Source: Escherichia phage ECO07P2
Strand: one strand, 5' to 3'
Length of the DNA stretch: 64,000 bases
Sequence record: OP172785
Shown here: positions 54,891 to 64,000 of the stretch, in pieces
Numbering within the stretch: the first letter of the stretch is position 1
How the letters are laid out: each line of letters starts with the position of its first letter
Position numbers and translations under genes: made by a program
The notes under the pieces: generated by a model
What the model saw: only the letters and a program-made list of their open reading frames with translations
What the model was told of the DNA's origin: nothing
Databases searched by the model: none

Positions 54891-55893
54891 AACTTACCAA
54901 TTCAATCCAAGCCGGACGAAGTACATCTTGTACCATTTTAACTAATTCCTTTTTAATCAAAGAAGGATTATCCGATTGAGTTAGAGTAATACCTTCACGA
55001 GAAGTTTCTTCCAAAATATCTTGAACAGTTAGCCCCATTACCTTTCCAAAATCTTTTGGACCAATTTCGCCAATTTTAGAAATAACGTTATTTACTCGGT
55101 TCAGTGTAACATAGCAAGCTAAAATTCCCAGCAATTTATTATCAGCTTCTGACAACTCAACTTTAGCTTTAATAGGCTTATCAGACTTTTTCTTTTCGCT
55201 AAATTTAGAGTTCTTGCATTTAATCGCTACACGATTGCCATTAGGCATCCAAGAAGGATAACAAGGTTTCAATACATATCCTTCAGCAGTAAATACTTCG
55301 CCTTTTGCTTCGGCATTCCAAACGCATTTATTTGCATCAACTAATCCAGCATGGTCTACTGTAAAATTATAATCCTGGACGACAGAATCTAAATCATTTG
55401 GCAATTTAATAAGCTCTTCAAATTTACCGCGACCTAAAAGTGGAGCCATTTTAAATTTAAATGTATTGCAGAATGATTCCATCATATAATCATCGACATA
55501 AGTTACATCACCGCTTTCCGTAGTAACAATAATGTCAAATACATAAAAGTCTTTATCGCCATAATCGACATTCTTCTGAATGCCAGGTCCAGCGAATTCA
55601 CCAAAAACTTGATAAGATACAACTGCTGAAGTTTCCATAATATCTTGTACTGCTTTAATGGAATCAGCGTAATTCTTTAGAATAATTTCATACCCAAAGA
55701 AATCTTCAGCAGGAAAAATAGGACCAGTACGTTTAGCACAAGTTACTTTATCACGCTCAATAATCAATGAAAAGTTTGTACCATGAATCTTTTCACGAGC
55801 TACCCATTCGCCGCCAGTCAATCCTAAACTGTAGAGTTTTTCAATGAATTTAGAATTGTAATGATTTTCAAGACTGCTATACTTTTTAAACAT
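54889..55893 (-). CDS. rnlB: RNA ligase 2 (RnlB)
   Basis: 334 aa; nucleotidyl-transferase lysine motif in EKIHGTNFS and motif IV/V region; same length and position as T4 Rnl2. Confidence 0.85.
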   Translation of the reverse strand: MFKKYSSLENHYNSKFIEKLYSLGLTGGEWVAREKIHGTNFSLIIERDKVTCAKRTGPIFPAEDFFGYEIILKNYADSIKAVQDIMETSAVVSYQVFGEFAGPGIQKNVDYGDKDFYVFDIIVTTESGDVTYVDDYMMESFCNTFKFKMAPLLGRGKFEELIKLPNDLDSVVQDYNFTVDHAGLVDANKCVWNAEAKGEVFTAEGYVLKPCYPSWMPNGNRVAIKCKNSKFSEKKKSDKPIKAKVELSEADNKLLGILACYVTLNRVNNVISKIGEIGPKDFGKVMGLTVQDILEETSREGITLTQSDNPSLIKKELVKMVQDVLRPAWIELVS

Positions 55894-55902
55894 AATTAAT
55901 CC

Positions 55903-56181
55903 TCAAAATGTAATTTCTAACCAATCACCATCACGCTGATCACTATTGACTTTAAAGCTAAATCCTTCTTTTCTCAGCCAATCACCAATTTCTTCAGTAA
56001 TCAATTTATCGCGAGCAGTACAATAATAACTAAAATATGTTTTACCTTGTTCAGCTGCTTTATTAGCAAGTTCCGAAAAATCTTTAATAAAACACTCTAG
56101 TTTAAACTGTTTACTTTTAAGTGCTTTTTCGCGTAATTGATTAGCAAAAGATTCATTTTCATAAAGATCATACTGTTCCAT
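55903..56181 (-). CDS. hypothetical protein (92 aa)
   Basis: ORF in track between rnlB and hoc. Confidence 0.5.
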   Translation of the reverse strand: MEQYDLYENESFANQLREKALKSKQFKLECFIKDFSELANKAAEQGKTYFSYYCTARDKLITEEIGDWLRKEGFSFKVNSDQRDGDWLEITF

Positions 56182-56383
56182 TTTTCACCTTTTTATTAAT
56201 ATGTCTTTTTCTATAGACAACTTTTTCTCGAGTCTCAAATTTATTCTTAGCAGTCATAGCTCGAGCCCACAATACAGCCACTTCTTTCGCCTGCAAGTTC
56301 AATTCACGAGCAATTTCAATGAATGACTTTCCAGACTCATGAAGAGTAAACACCACAACCTCAGTTCTCATAATCAATCTCAT
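56168..56383 (-). CDS. hypothetical protein (71 aa)
   Basis: ORF in track; basic. Confidence 0.45.
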   Translation of the reverse strand: MRLIMRTEVVVFTLHESGKSFIEIARELNLQAKEVAVLWARAMTAKNKFETREKVVYRKRHINKKVKNGTV

Positions 56384-56451
56384 GTTATCGAGTTGATGCC
56401 ATTATATACAACGTTTTCTGATTGTGTTTTGCGTGCTTTCAAAATGAAGAA

Positions 56452-56467
56452 AGGGGCCGAAGCCCCT
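56452..56467 (-). terminator. UUCG-tetraloop hairpin after hoc
   Basis: identical AGGGGC-UUCG-GCCCCU hairpin to the one at 16085-16100, 5 nt after hoc stop. Confidence 0.5.
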
Positions 56468-56472
56468 TATGA

Positions 56473-57603
56473 TTATGGATAGGTATAGATGATACCAGTT
56501 TCTAAAGCAGTTTTATGAATGATGTATCCATTGCGCGATTCTTGAACATCAACTTCTGGATAGTCTTTCATCATCTTCTGAAGAGTGTAACGATGCAAGT
56601 AGTACTTACTATCTGGGTCGTCAGTTTTCCAATCTTTACCTTCTTCAGTCATTTTTTGGATTTCATCCATAACCCACCAACCGCACCAGATGTAAGCTGA
56701 AGTGCGATGTGGAAGAGGATGAACATAAGGTAATTCACCTTCTGGTTCCGGAGCAACTTTATCAGTTACCTGAACTTGACCTTCTGCTGTGATAGTTTTG
56801 CTATCATAGTCAGTTGCTGTAACGACAGCAGTAACTTCAATAGTTTGACTTCCAATAGATGATGTATCAACGGTGTATACATTAGTTGACCCTTCTACTG
56901 GAGAAGAATCTTTCTTCCATGAATATTCAATTTGCGCTTCTTCTGGAGCATCAGTGACATTAGCAGTAAATGTAGCTGAAGCATCTTGTTGAACGTTAAT
57001 AGAAGGAGGAGTCAATGTAACCTGTGGATTCATTGTCTTCTTATTAACAGTCAGTGATACTTCATTAGAAGTAACTTCCTTTGCATCATAATCTGTCGCT
57101 GTTACTTGAGCTACGCATTTAATTCTTTTTACTCCACTTGTAGTTGGAGTATAGCTAAATGCAGCGGAAGTTGCTTCACTAACAGGAGAATCATCTACAT
57201 ACCACTGATACGTAGCAGACGCTCCAACTGGTTGAGAATCTAAGGCAGCAGTAAATTGAACTGGGGTTCCAATTACTCCAGCTGAAGGACTATCTGGAGT
57301 TACTGCCAAAGTAGTTGTTTGTGTCTTATTTTGAACTGTGATAGTTGTAGTAGCTTCTGCTGTTTCAGCTTCAGCTTCTGGAACTGTATTTGTTGCAACT
57401 ACTTTAATAGTCTTTTGACCGGCAGGTCCTTTTAGTACATAACTAAAAGTTGCTTCAGCTCCATCTTGTGGAACATCATCTACAGTCCAAGCATAGGTAA
57501 TAGTTCCGCCTCCAGTTTCACCACTGGGTGTAGCAGTAAACTGCTGAGTCTGATCTATAACTCCAGTAGGTGTTTTAGGAGTTATATCAACTGTAAAAGC
57601 CAT
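56473..57603 (-). CDS. hoc: highly immunogenic outer capsid protein Hoc
   Basis: 376 aa; tandem Ig-like domains with repeated YxWxxD and Thr-rich beta strands; same length as T4 Hoc. Confidence 0.85.
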   Translation of the reverse strand: MAFTVDITPKTPTGVIDQTQQFTATPSGETGGGTITYAWTVDDVPQDGAEATFSYVLKGPAGQKTIKVVATNTVPEAEAETAEATTTITVQNKTQTTTLAVTPDSPSAGVIGTPVQFTAALDSQPVGASATYQWYVDDSPVSEATSAAFSYTPTTSGVKRIKCVAQVTATDYDAKEVTSNEVSLTVNKKTMNPQVTLTPPSINVQQDASATFTANVTDAPEEAQIEYSWKKDSSPVEGSTNVYTVDTSSIGSQTIEVTAVVTATDYDSKTITAEGQVQVTDKVAPEPEGELPYVHPLPHRTSAYIWCGWWVMDEIQKMTEEGKDWKTDDPDSKYYLHRYTLQKMMKDYPEVDVQESRNGYIIHKTALETGIIYTYP

Positions 57604-57612
57604 AAGTTATCC

Positions 57613-58293
57613 TTATTTTAATGTTACGAAAGAAGAGTTGCGTGTTTCACGAATTAGAACTGATCCGTCACGGTTAATGTAGTAAATTAAGCTAAATAAA
57701 GTTTGATGTGCCGACGCGTGTTCAAAACTAGTTGGGTGAGATTTCCAATCCGGAGTTTCAGCAATCCATTGATAAATCCACCAAGGAACAGTACAGAATC
57801 CTGGATTTTTTCCAATCAGCTGAAGATTCGGACTAAAGTTTTCCGGAAGAGTAAATACAGACGGCTTTTCAGATTCAATAATCTCAGCTACGGCCTGCTC
57901 GAATTTTTCTTCAACAAAAGGAGTATCTTCAATCAAAACATCGGTATTTTCAGGAATTTTATCCGTTTCTACTACTTCAATTTTAATGTCAGATTTAACC
58001 GGAGAATCAATCAGAAGTGCTGCCTCTGGATTGACTTCTTCATCGTCATATTTTAACCCCTCTGCAGCATCAGCAGCATTGATTAAGTCTTTAATAGATA
58101 ACCCATCAGTCTCTGGCATAGGTTCACTAGCGAGCTTCTGGAGGGCTTCTTCAATATCAGCAACGATATTATCAAAAGATTTATTCTTTTTGACCTTTAT
58201 ACCAAACTGTTCAGCATATTCAGCTAATTTAGCCTTAGCTTCTTTATTATCATCAAGAGCCTTCAGCTCTGCAATATAATCTTTATCTATCAT
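57613..58293 (-). CDS. inh: inhibitor of prohead protease gp21 (Inh)
   Basis: 226 aa, same length and position as T4 Inh. Confidence 0.75.
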   Translation of the reverse strand: MIDKDYIAELKALDDNKEAKAKLAEYAEQFGIKVKKNKSFDNIVADIEEALQKLASEPMPETDGLSIKDLINAADAAEGLKYDDEEVNPEAALLIDSPVKSDIKIEVVETDKIPENTDVLIEDTPFVEEKFEQAVAEIIESEKPSVFTLPENFSPNLQLIGKNPGFCTVPWWIYQWIAETPDWKSHPTSFEHASAHQTLFSLIYYINRDGSVLIRETRNSSFVTLK

Positions 58294-58306
58294 AATATTT
58301 CCTCAG

Positions 58307-58314
58307 TATAAATA
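58307..58314 (+). promoter_or_regulatory. late promoter TATAAATA upstream of uvsW
   Basis: exact TATAAATA 30 nt upstream of uvsW ATG. Confidence 0.5.
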
Positions 58315-58343
58315 TAGATATATTTATTACATGGTATTTAGAC

Positions 58344-59855
58344 ATGACTGACATTAAAGTACATTTTTATGATTTTAGTCACGTGAGAATTGATTGTGAA
58401 GAAAGTACATTTCATGAACTCCGTGATTTCTTTAGCTTTGAAGCTGATGGGTATCGTTTTAATCCGAAATACAAGTATGGTCACTGGGATGGACGAATCC
58501 GTCTATTAGATTATAATCGCCTTCTTCCGTTTGGTTTAGTCGGGCAAATTAAAAAGTTCTGTGATAACTTTGGCTATAAAGCCTGGATTGACCCACAGAT
58601 TAACGAAAAAGAAGAATTATCAAGAAAAGATTTTGATGAATGGCTTTCTAAGTTAGAAATCTATTCAGGAAATAAAAGAATTGAACCGCACTGGTATCAA
58701 AAAGATGCAGTGTTCGAAGGATTAGTTAATCGTCGTAGAATTCTTAATCTTCCAACATCCGCAGGTAAATCATTAATTCAAGCTTTGCTTGCACGTTATT
58801 ATTTGGAAAATTATGAAGGTAAAATTCTTATCATTGTTCCAACAACTTCTCTGACAACTCAGATGGCTGATGACTTTGTTGACTATCGTTTATTCAGTCA
58901 TGCAATGATAAAGAAAATCGGTGGTGGAGCATCAAAAGATGATAAATATAAAAATGATGCACCAGTCGTTGTTGGTACATGGCAAACTGTAGTAAAACAA
59001 CCAAAAGAATGGTTCTCACAGTTTGGAATGATGATGAACGATGAATGCCATCTTGCCACAGGAAAAAGTATTTCATCTATCATATCAGGTTTAAATAACT
59101 GCATGTTTAAATTCGGTCTATCAGGTTCATTACGTGATGGCAAAGCTAATATCATGCAGTATGTTGGAATGTTTGGTGAAATATTTAAGCCAGTAACGAC
59201 TTCTAAATTAATGGAAGATGGACAAGTAACTGAGTTAAAAATTAATAGTATTTTTCTTCGCTATCCTGATGAGTTCACTACTAAATTAAAGGGAAAAACT
59301 TACCAAGAAGAAATAAAAATTATTACTGGGCTCAGTAAAAGAAATAAATGGATCGCTAAATTAGCTATTAAACTTGCGCAAAAAGATGAAAATGCTTTTG
59401 TCATGTTTAAACATGTATCACATGGTAAAGCTATTTTCGATTTAATTAAAAATGAATACGATAAAGTTTATTACGTATCAGGGGAAGTTGATACTGAAAC
59501 GCGCAATGTAATGAAAACCTTAGCTGAAAACGGTAAAGGAATAATTATAGTAGCTAGTTATGGTGTATTTTCTACTGGTATTTCAGTTAAAAATCTGCAT
59601 CACGTTGTTTTAGCACACGGTGTTAAATCTAAAATTATTGTATTGCAAACAATAGGTCGCGTATTACGTAAGCATGGTTCTAAAACAATCGCAACAGTCT
59701 GGGACCTCATAGATGATTGCGGTGTTAAGCCAAAATCTGCTAATACGAAAAAGAAATACGTTCATTTGAACTATCTTTTAAAACACGGCATTGATCGTAT
59801 TCAGCGCTACGCAGATGAAAAATTTAATTACGTAATGAAAACAGTTAATTTATAA
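58344..59855 (+). CDS. uvsW: UvsW DNA/RNA helicase (SF2)
   Basis: 503 aa; Walker A LPTSAGKS, DECH box MMNDECHL and helicase C motifs. Confidence 0.9.
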   Translation: MTDIKVHFYDFSHVRIDCEESTFHELRDFFSFEADGYRFNPKYKYGHWDGRIRLLDYNRLLPFGLVGQIKKFCDNFGYKAWIDPQINEKEELSRKDFDEWLSKLEIYSGNKRIEPHWYQKDAVFEGLVNRRRILNLPTSAGKSLIQALLARYYLENYEGKILIIVPTTSLTTQMADDFVDYRLFSHAMIKKIGGGASKDDKYKNDAPVVVGTWQTVVKQPKEWFSQFGMMMNDECHLATGKSISSIISGLNNCMFKFGLSGSLRDGKANIMQYVGMFGEIFKPVTTSKLMEDGQVTELKINSIFLRYPDEFTTKLKGKTYQEEIKIITGLSKRNKWIAKLAIKLAQKDENAFVMFKHVSHGKAIFDLIKNEYDKVYYVSGEVDTETRNVMKTLAENGKGIIIVASYGVFSTGISVKNLHHVVLAHGVKSKIIVLQTIGRVLRKHGSKTIATVWDLIDDCGVKPKSANTKKKYVHLNYLLKHGIDRIQRYADEKFNYVMKTVNL

Positions 59856-59869
59856 GGGCTTCGGCCCTT
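59854..59869 (+). other. UUCG hairpin between uvsW and uvsW.1
   Basis: AAGGGC-UUCG-GCCCUU followed by GGAG SD of uvsW.1. Confidence 0.45.
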
Positions 59870-60111
59870 TGGAGAAAAAGATGTTACTAGAATTTAAACA
59901 ATTTCTTTATGAAGCTTCTATTGATGAATTTATGGGTAAAATTGCCTCTTGCCAAACATTAGAAGGTCTAGAAGAACTTGAAGCTTATTATAAGAAAAGA
60001 GTTAAAGAAACTGAATTAAAAGATACTGATGACATCTCTGTGAGAGATGCTTTGGCAGGAAAAAGAGCTGAATTAGAAGATTCAGACGATGAAGTAGAAG
60101 AAAGCTTTTAA
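59869..60111 (+). CDS. uvsW.1: UvsW.1 small acidic protein
   Basis: 80 aa ORF immediately after uvsW with its own SD. Confidence 0.7.
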   Translation: MEKKMLLEFKQFLYEASIDEFMGKIASCQTLEGLEELEAYYKKRVKETELKDTDDISVRDALAGKRAELEDSDDEVEESF

Positions 60112-60113
60112 AT

Positions 60114-60145
60114 TAAAAAAGGCCCAACCAAAAAAGGAAGGGCCA
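60114..60145 (-). terminator. rho-independent terminator (minus strand) at convergent gene ends
   Basis: minus RNA GGCCC-14 nt loop-GGGCC followed by U6. Confidence 0.5.
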
Positions 60146-60167
60146 AAACTATAGACTAAAGGTCACA

Positions 60168-60335
60168 CTATAGCAAAAGTTGTGTTTCATTTAATTGTTC
60201 TTCCGAACTTTCTGAAACTGGTAGTTCTTTAATGTAATTATAACAAGGCCCAGGATGTACAGGACCTTTGTCTGTTTCAACAACCAATGCAGAATCGATT
60301 GGAGTTTTACAGACAACACAAATCTTATCTGACAT
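60168..60335 (-). CDS. small Cys-containing protein (uvsY.-2 position), 55 aa, absent from ORF track
   Basis: ATG 60335 with GAGGAG SD; hand translation MSDKICVVCKTPIDSALVVETDKGPVHPGPCYNY...; CxxC plus C suggests zinc ribbon. Confidence 0.45.
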   Translation of the reverse strand: MSDKICVVCKTPIDSALVVETDKGPVHPGPCYNYIKELPVSESSEEQLNETQLLL

Positions 60336-60363
60336 GATTGTCTCCTCTAAATTATATATCTAT

Positions 60364-60588
60364 TTATATAACTCTCATATGCATATCAATGCCCATATCT
60401 TTAGAATAAAAATATTCATCGAGATATCCGGCAAATTTTCCTTTAATATAAAGTACATCTTCACCGCATGGGTGGTCGGCCAGGATACGAATATCCTGAC
60501 GCTTGAGATTATACTTTTTCATTAAGAATTGAATTTCCGTTTCGAATTCTTCTTCATAATTAAAAGCATCATCAATGCTATATTTCAT
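60364..60588 (-). CDS. hypothetical protein (uvsY.-1 position)
   Basis: 74 aa ORF overlapping uvsY stop. Confidence 0.55.
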   Translation of the reverse strand: MKYSIDDAFNYEEEFETEIQFLMKKYNLKRQDIRILADHPCGEDVLYIKGKFAGYLDEYFYSKDMGIDMHMRVI

Positions 60589-61001
60589 TATTTTCCAGCC
60601 TCAAATGCTCGCATGTCTTGAATATGCTTAATAGCAAATCCACGTGATTTTATAGCATCAAGAGCTCCGCTACAGAAATCCAATAAAATTCCCCAATATT
60701 GTAATGAAGTATCAACTTTTAAAACATCCTTATCAGCTGATAGAACTGTCTTCATTTCTGATTTTTCATAACGATCCATACTAAATTCATCACCATCTCC
60801 TCGTCCCGAGTAGTAGTCTAATTTAGCTTTAAGAGCAACTTTTTTCTGTGCTTCAATTCTAAGCATTTCCTTTTTAATACTTGAATGCTTATTGAGCCAT
60901 TTACTATATAACATCACATTATTAGCTGCTTCATACTGTAATTTAGTCGAATCTATAAACACATCTTTCTTCAATTCTTCTTGAAGATCTTCTAATTTCA
61001 T
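60588..61001 (-). CDS. uvsY: recombination mediator UvsY
   Basis: 137 aa as in T4 UvsY. Confidence 0.9.
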   Translation of the reverse strand: MKLEDLQEELKKDVFIDSTKLQYEAANNVMLYSKWLNKHSSIKKEMLRIEAQKKVALKAKLDYYSGRGDGDEFSMDRYEKSEMKTVLSADKDVLKVDTSLQYWGILLDFCSGALDAIKSRGFAIKHIQDMRAFEAGK

Positions 61002-61067
61002 ATTGTTCTCTATTCAATTGTTATTGGATGGACTTAGATTCATTATACCACGTTTATACGTGAAGCA

Positions 61068-61466
61068 TTATACTCTGTTACTGGAAGCCAGTTGCAATTT
61101 TATCTGCTCAATATCATCAGGGTTATCGATGACCGAAAAGCGTATTTCTACTATCAGAGTGTAATCATCATAAACTGGTATTACATTAACTGCTAATTTA
61201 TCAATACGTGGCTCGTAGTTTCTTACTGCGCTTTCAATGTTACGCTCAACAGTATCAGCAGTAAGAGGAGTCATATTCTCAAAAAGCTGATCAGATAAAT
61301 CACATCCAAATTCTGGGTCAAATGGTCTTGACCCTTTTCTGGTTGTAATAATTCCCAAAAGGCTATTTTTAATTGACCTTAATCCAAGAGATCTAGAAAC
61401 GTCTTTGTCCCAATCCATTTTCATTTCCGGGTCAATGTCAGAATAAAGCTTATTAATATTTGCCAT
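61068..61466 (-). CDS. 25: baseplate wedge protein gp25
   Basis: 132 aa as in T4; lysozyme-like fold protein. Confidence 0.9.
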   Translation of the reverse strand: MANINKLYSDIDPEMKMDWDKDVSRSLGLRSIKNSLLGIITTRKGSRPFDPEFGCDLSDQLFENMTPLTADTVERNIESAVRNYEPRIDKLAVNVIPVYDDYTLIVEIRFSVIDNPDDIEQIKLQLASSNRV

Positions 61467-62092
61467 TACAATAGCTCAAAGAATTCTTTGAGTCCTCTTA
61501 TTACATGAGCGTGAGATTTTCCACACTCTGGACATTTAATTGGAACAGCCAAATAAACAGTAGGCTTTAAAAGCATATCTTTTATAGCTACAATATCTGA
61601 CTCTGTGATGATAGAATATAAATCTTCCAACTCTTTTTCATTTAAGTCTTCAATTGGAATGCTTTCGCCGTTAGCATGAATCGTTTCTATACATGATACT
61701 ATCATGTGGGCTATATTTTTATCATCAAAAATTTTAGGGTATCGGAATTTAATTTTAATGTCACCCAGTGTATACCAGAGGTCTTCTGGTGCATCTATTT
61801 GTGCATGTAATAGATTTATATGGGTTGGTATTTCAGTTCCACAGGTGCACTTCCAGGAGTTTTCGTGATTAACTTCTCCAAGAGAATGCGCCCATAAATG
61901 AATCAACAGTAGCTCTGATTCTTGACGGTTTAAATCTTTTGCATTTGTGCATTCTTTGATTAGCTTTTTAACGATCTCTTCTACTGAACCGTTCTTTTTA
62001 GCAGTAATAAGTTCTAGATATTCTTTAAGAGTAAATGCGCGACAATTGATTATTTTAGAACCAACTCTCACATCAAATTTGTATTCATACAT
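61466..62092 (-). CDS. 26: baseplate hub protein gp26
   Basis: 208 aa as in T4. Confidence 0.85.
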   Translation of the reverse strand: MYEYKFDVRVGSKIINCRAFTLKEYLELITAKKNGSVEEIVKKLIKECTNAKDLNRQESELLLIHLWAHSLGEVNHENSWKCTCGTEIPTHINLLHAQIDAPEDLWYTLGDIKIKFRYPKIFDDKNIAHMIVSCIETIHANGESIPIEDLNEKELEDLYSIITESDIVAIKDMLLKPTVYLAVPIKCPECGKSHAHVIRGLKEFFELL

Positions 62093-62113
62093 ATTTAGCT
62101 CCTTTATTTATCA

Positions 62114-62125
62114 TATTTATAAATA
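62114..62125. promoter_or_regulatory. overlapping divergent late promoters (TATTTATAAATA) for genes 26 and 51
   Basis: plus TATAAATA 62118-62125 and minus TATAAATA (plus tatttata 62114-62121) share the central TATA. Confidence 0.6.
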
Positions 62126-62142
62126 GAATAAAAGGAGCATCT

Positions 62143-62892
62143 ATGGCAAACATTATTCGTTGTAAATTACCAGATGGTGTTCATCGTTTTAAACCATTTA
62201 CGGTAGAAGATTATCGAGATTTTTTGTTAGTTCGAAACGATATAGAACATCGGTCACCACAAGAACAAAAAGAAATAATTACTGATTTAATTGATGATTA
62301 TTTTGGAGACTATCCGAAGACTTGGCAACCATTTATATTTTTGCAGGTATTTGTAGGGTCAATAGGTAAAACTAAAGTACCAGTCACATTCGTATGTCCA
62401 AAATGTAAAAAAGAAAAGACAGTTCCATTTGAAATATATCAAAAAGAATTAAAGGAACCTGTTTTTGATGTAGCTAATGTTAAAATTAAATTAAAGTTTC
62501 CTTCTGAGTTTTATGAAAATAAAGCAAAGATGATTACTGAAAATATTCATTCTGTTCAAGTAGATGAAACATGGTATGATTGGAAGGAAATTAGTGAATC
62601 AAGTCAAATAGAACTTGTTGATGCCATCGAGATAGAAACATTAGAAAAAATTCTCGATGCAATGAATCCTATTAATTTAACATTGCATATGTCCTGCTGT
62701 GACAAGTATGTAAAAAAATACACTGATATAGTAGATGTGTTTAAGCTATTAGTTAACCCAGATGAAATATTTACTTTTTATCAAATTAATCACACGCTCG
62801 TAAAAAGTAATTATAGCTTAAATTCAATAATGAAAATGATTCCTGCCGAGCGCGGATTCGTATTAAAACTGATTGAGAAGGATAAACAATAA
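62143..62892 (+). CDS. 51: baseplate hub assembly protein gp51
   Basis: 249 aa as in T4. Confidence 0.85.
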   Translation: MANIIRCKLPDGVHRFKPFTVEDYRDFLLVRNDIEHRSPQEQKEIITDLIDDYFGDYPKTWQPFIFLQVFVGSIGKTKVPVTFVCPKCKKEKTVPFEIYQKELKEPVFDVANVKIKLKFPSEFYENKAKMITENIHSVQVDETWYDWKEISESSQIELVDAIEIETLEKILDAMNPINLTLHMSCCDKYVKKYTDIVDVFKLLVNPDEIFTFYQINHTLVKSNYSLNSIMKMIPAERGFVLKLIEKDKQ

Positions 62893-64000
62893 TGAGTATG
62901 CTGCAACGCCCAGGATATCCAAATCTCAGCGTTAAATTGTTTGATAGTTACGACGCTTGGAGTAATAATAGATTTGTTGAATTAGCTGCTACTATTACCA
63001 CATTAACTATGCGGGATTCTCTTTATGGCCGAAATGAAGGAATGCTGCAGTTTTATGATTCTAAAAATATCCATACAAAAATGGATGGAAATGAAATAAT
63101 TCAGATTTCTGTAGCTAATGCAAACGATATTAATAATGTTAAAACACGAATTTATGGATGTAAGCATTTTTCCGTGTCAGTAGATTCAAAGGGTGATAAC
63201 ATCATTGCTATTGAATTGGGAACTATTCATTCTATAGAAAATCTTAAATTTGGCAGACCGTTTTTCCCTGATGCAGGTGAATCTATAAAGGAAATGCTTG
63301 GCGTCATTTATCAAGACCGCACATTATTAACTCCAGCAATAAATGCTATAAATGCTTATGTTCCTGATATTCCATGGACTAGTACATTTGAAAATTATTT
63401 GTCCTATGTAAGAGAAGTTGGTCTAGCTGTAGGAAGCGACAAATTTGTATTTGTGTGGCAAGACATCATGGGAGTTAACATGATGGACTATGATATGATG
63501 ATAAATCAAGAACCATATCCAATGATTGTCGGTGAACCATCTTTAATAGGTCAATTCATCCAAGAATTAAAATATCCATTAGCATATGATTTTGTTTGGT
63601 TGACTAAATCGAATCCTCACAAACGTGACCCAATGAAAAACGCTACTATCTATGCGCATTCATTTTTAGATTCTTCAATACCAATGATTACTACAGGAAA
63701 GGGTGAAAACTCTATTGTGGTGTCAAGGTCAGGTGCTTATTCTGAAATGACTTATAGGAATGGATATGAAGAAGCTATTCGTCTTCAAACTATGGCACAA
63801 TACGATGGTTATGCTAAATGTTCTACTGTCGGTAATTTTAACTTGACACCTGGAGTTAAAATTATTTTTAATGATAGTAAAAACCAATTTAAAACAGAAT
63901 TTTACGTTGATGAAGTTATCCATGAATTATCAAATAATAATTCAGTAACTCATTTATATATGTTCACTAATGCAACGAAACTGGAAACAATAGACCCAGT
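62892..64000 (+). CDS. 27: baseplate hub protein gp27 (3-prime partial, runs off window)
   Basis: ATG 62892 overlapping gp51 stop; open frame to window end ([28 protein letters not shown]...); absent from ORF track for lack of a stop. Confidence 0.85.
   Translation, partial: MSMLQRPGYPNLSVKLFDSYDAWSNNRFVELAATITTLTMRDSLYGRNEGMLQFYDSKNIHTKMDGNEIIQISVANANDINNVKTRIYGCKHFSVSVDSKGDNIIAIELGTIHSIENLKFGRPFFPDAGESIKEMLGVIYQDRTLLTPAINAINAYVPDIPWTSTFENYLSYVREVGLAVGSDKFVFVWQDIMGVNMMDYDMMINQEPYPMIVGEPSLIGQFIQELKYPLAYDFVWLTKSNPHKRDPMKNATIYAHSFLDSSIPMITTGKGENSIVVSRSGAYSEMTYRNGYEEAIRLQTMAQYDGYAKCSTVGNFNLTPGVKIIFNDSKNQFKTEFYVDEVIHELSNNNSVTHLYMFTNATKLETIDP

Overview
This window is a segment of a T4-like (T-even, Tequatrovirus-type) myovirus genome, identified by reading the translations against remembered T4 proteins and gene order; no database search was run. 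The left part (1-24900) is a leftward-transcribed early and accessory region: unknown ORFs, a nucleotidyltransferase and an ATPase, rI, tk, regB, a GrcA-like glycyl-radical cofactor, lysozyme e, nudE, a cluster of proteins with capsid-targeting N-termini, an 11-tRNA array, then 57B-57A-1-3-2-4. It is punctuated by at least 12 near-identical early promoters (GTTTAC-N18-TAYWAT) and UUCG-loop hairpin terminators. The right part (24900-64000) is the canonical late morphogenesis block on the plus strand: baseplate 53, 5, 5.4, 6-11, short tail fibre 12, fibritin wac, 13-15, terminase 16/17, sheath 18, tube 19, portal 20, 67, 68, protease 21, scaffold 22, capsid 23 and 24. These are followed by rnlB, hoc, inh (minus), uvsW (plus), uvsY-25-26 (minus) and 51 plus the start of 27 (plus), with TATAAATA late promoters in front of many of them. 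No CRISPR array, rRNA, transposon or homing endonuclease was seen. The most interesting material is in the accessory region: extra CTS-tagged (virion-injected) proteins inserted around a denV relic, a phage-encoded minimal nucleotidyltransferase next to a membrane protein and an ATPase, a macro-domain protein, and a tRNA set larger than the eight of T4.
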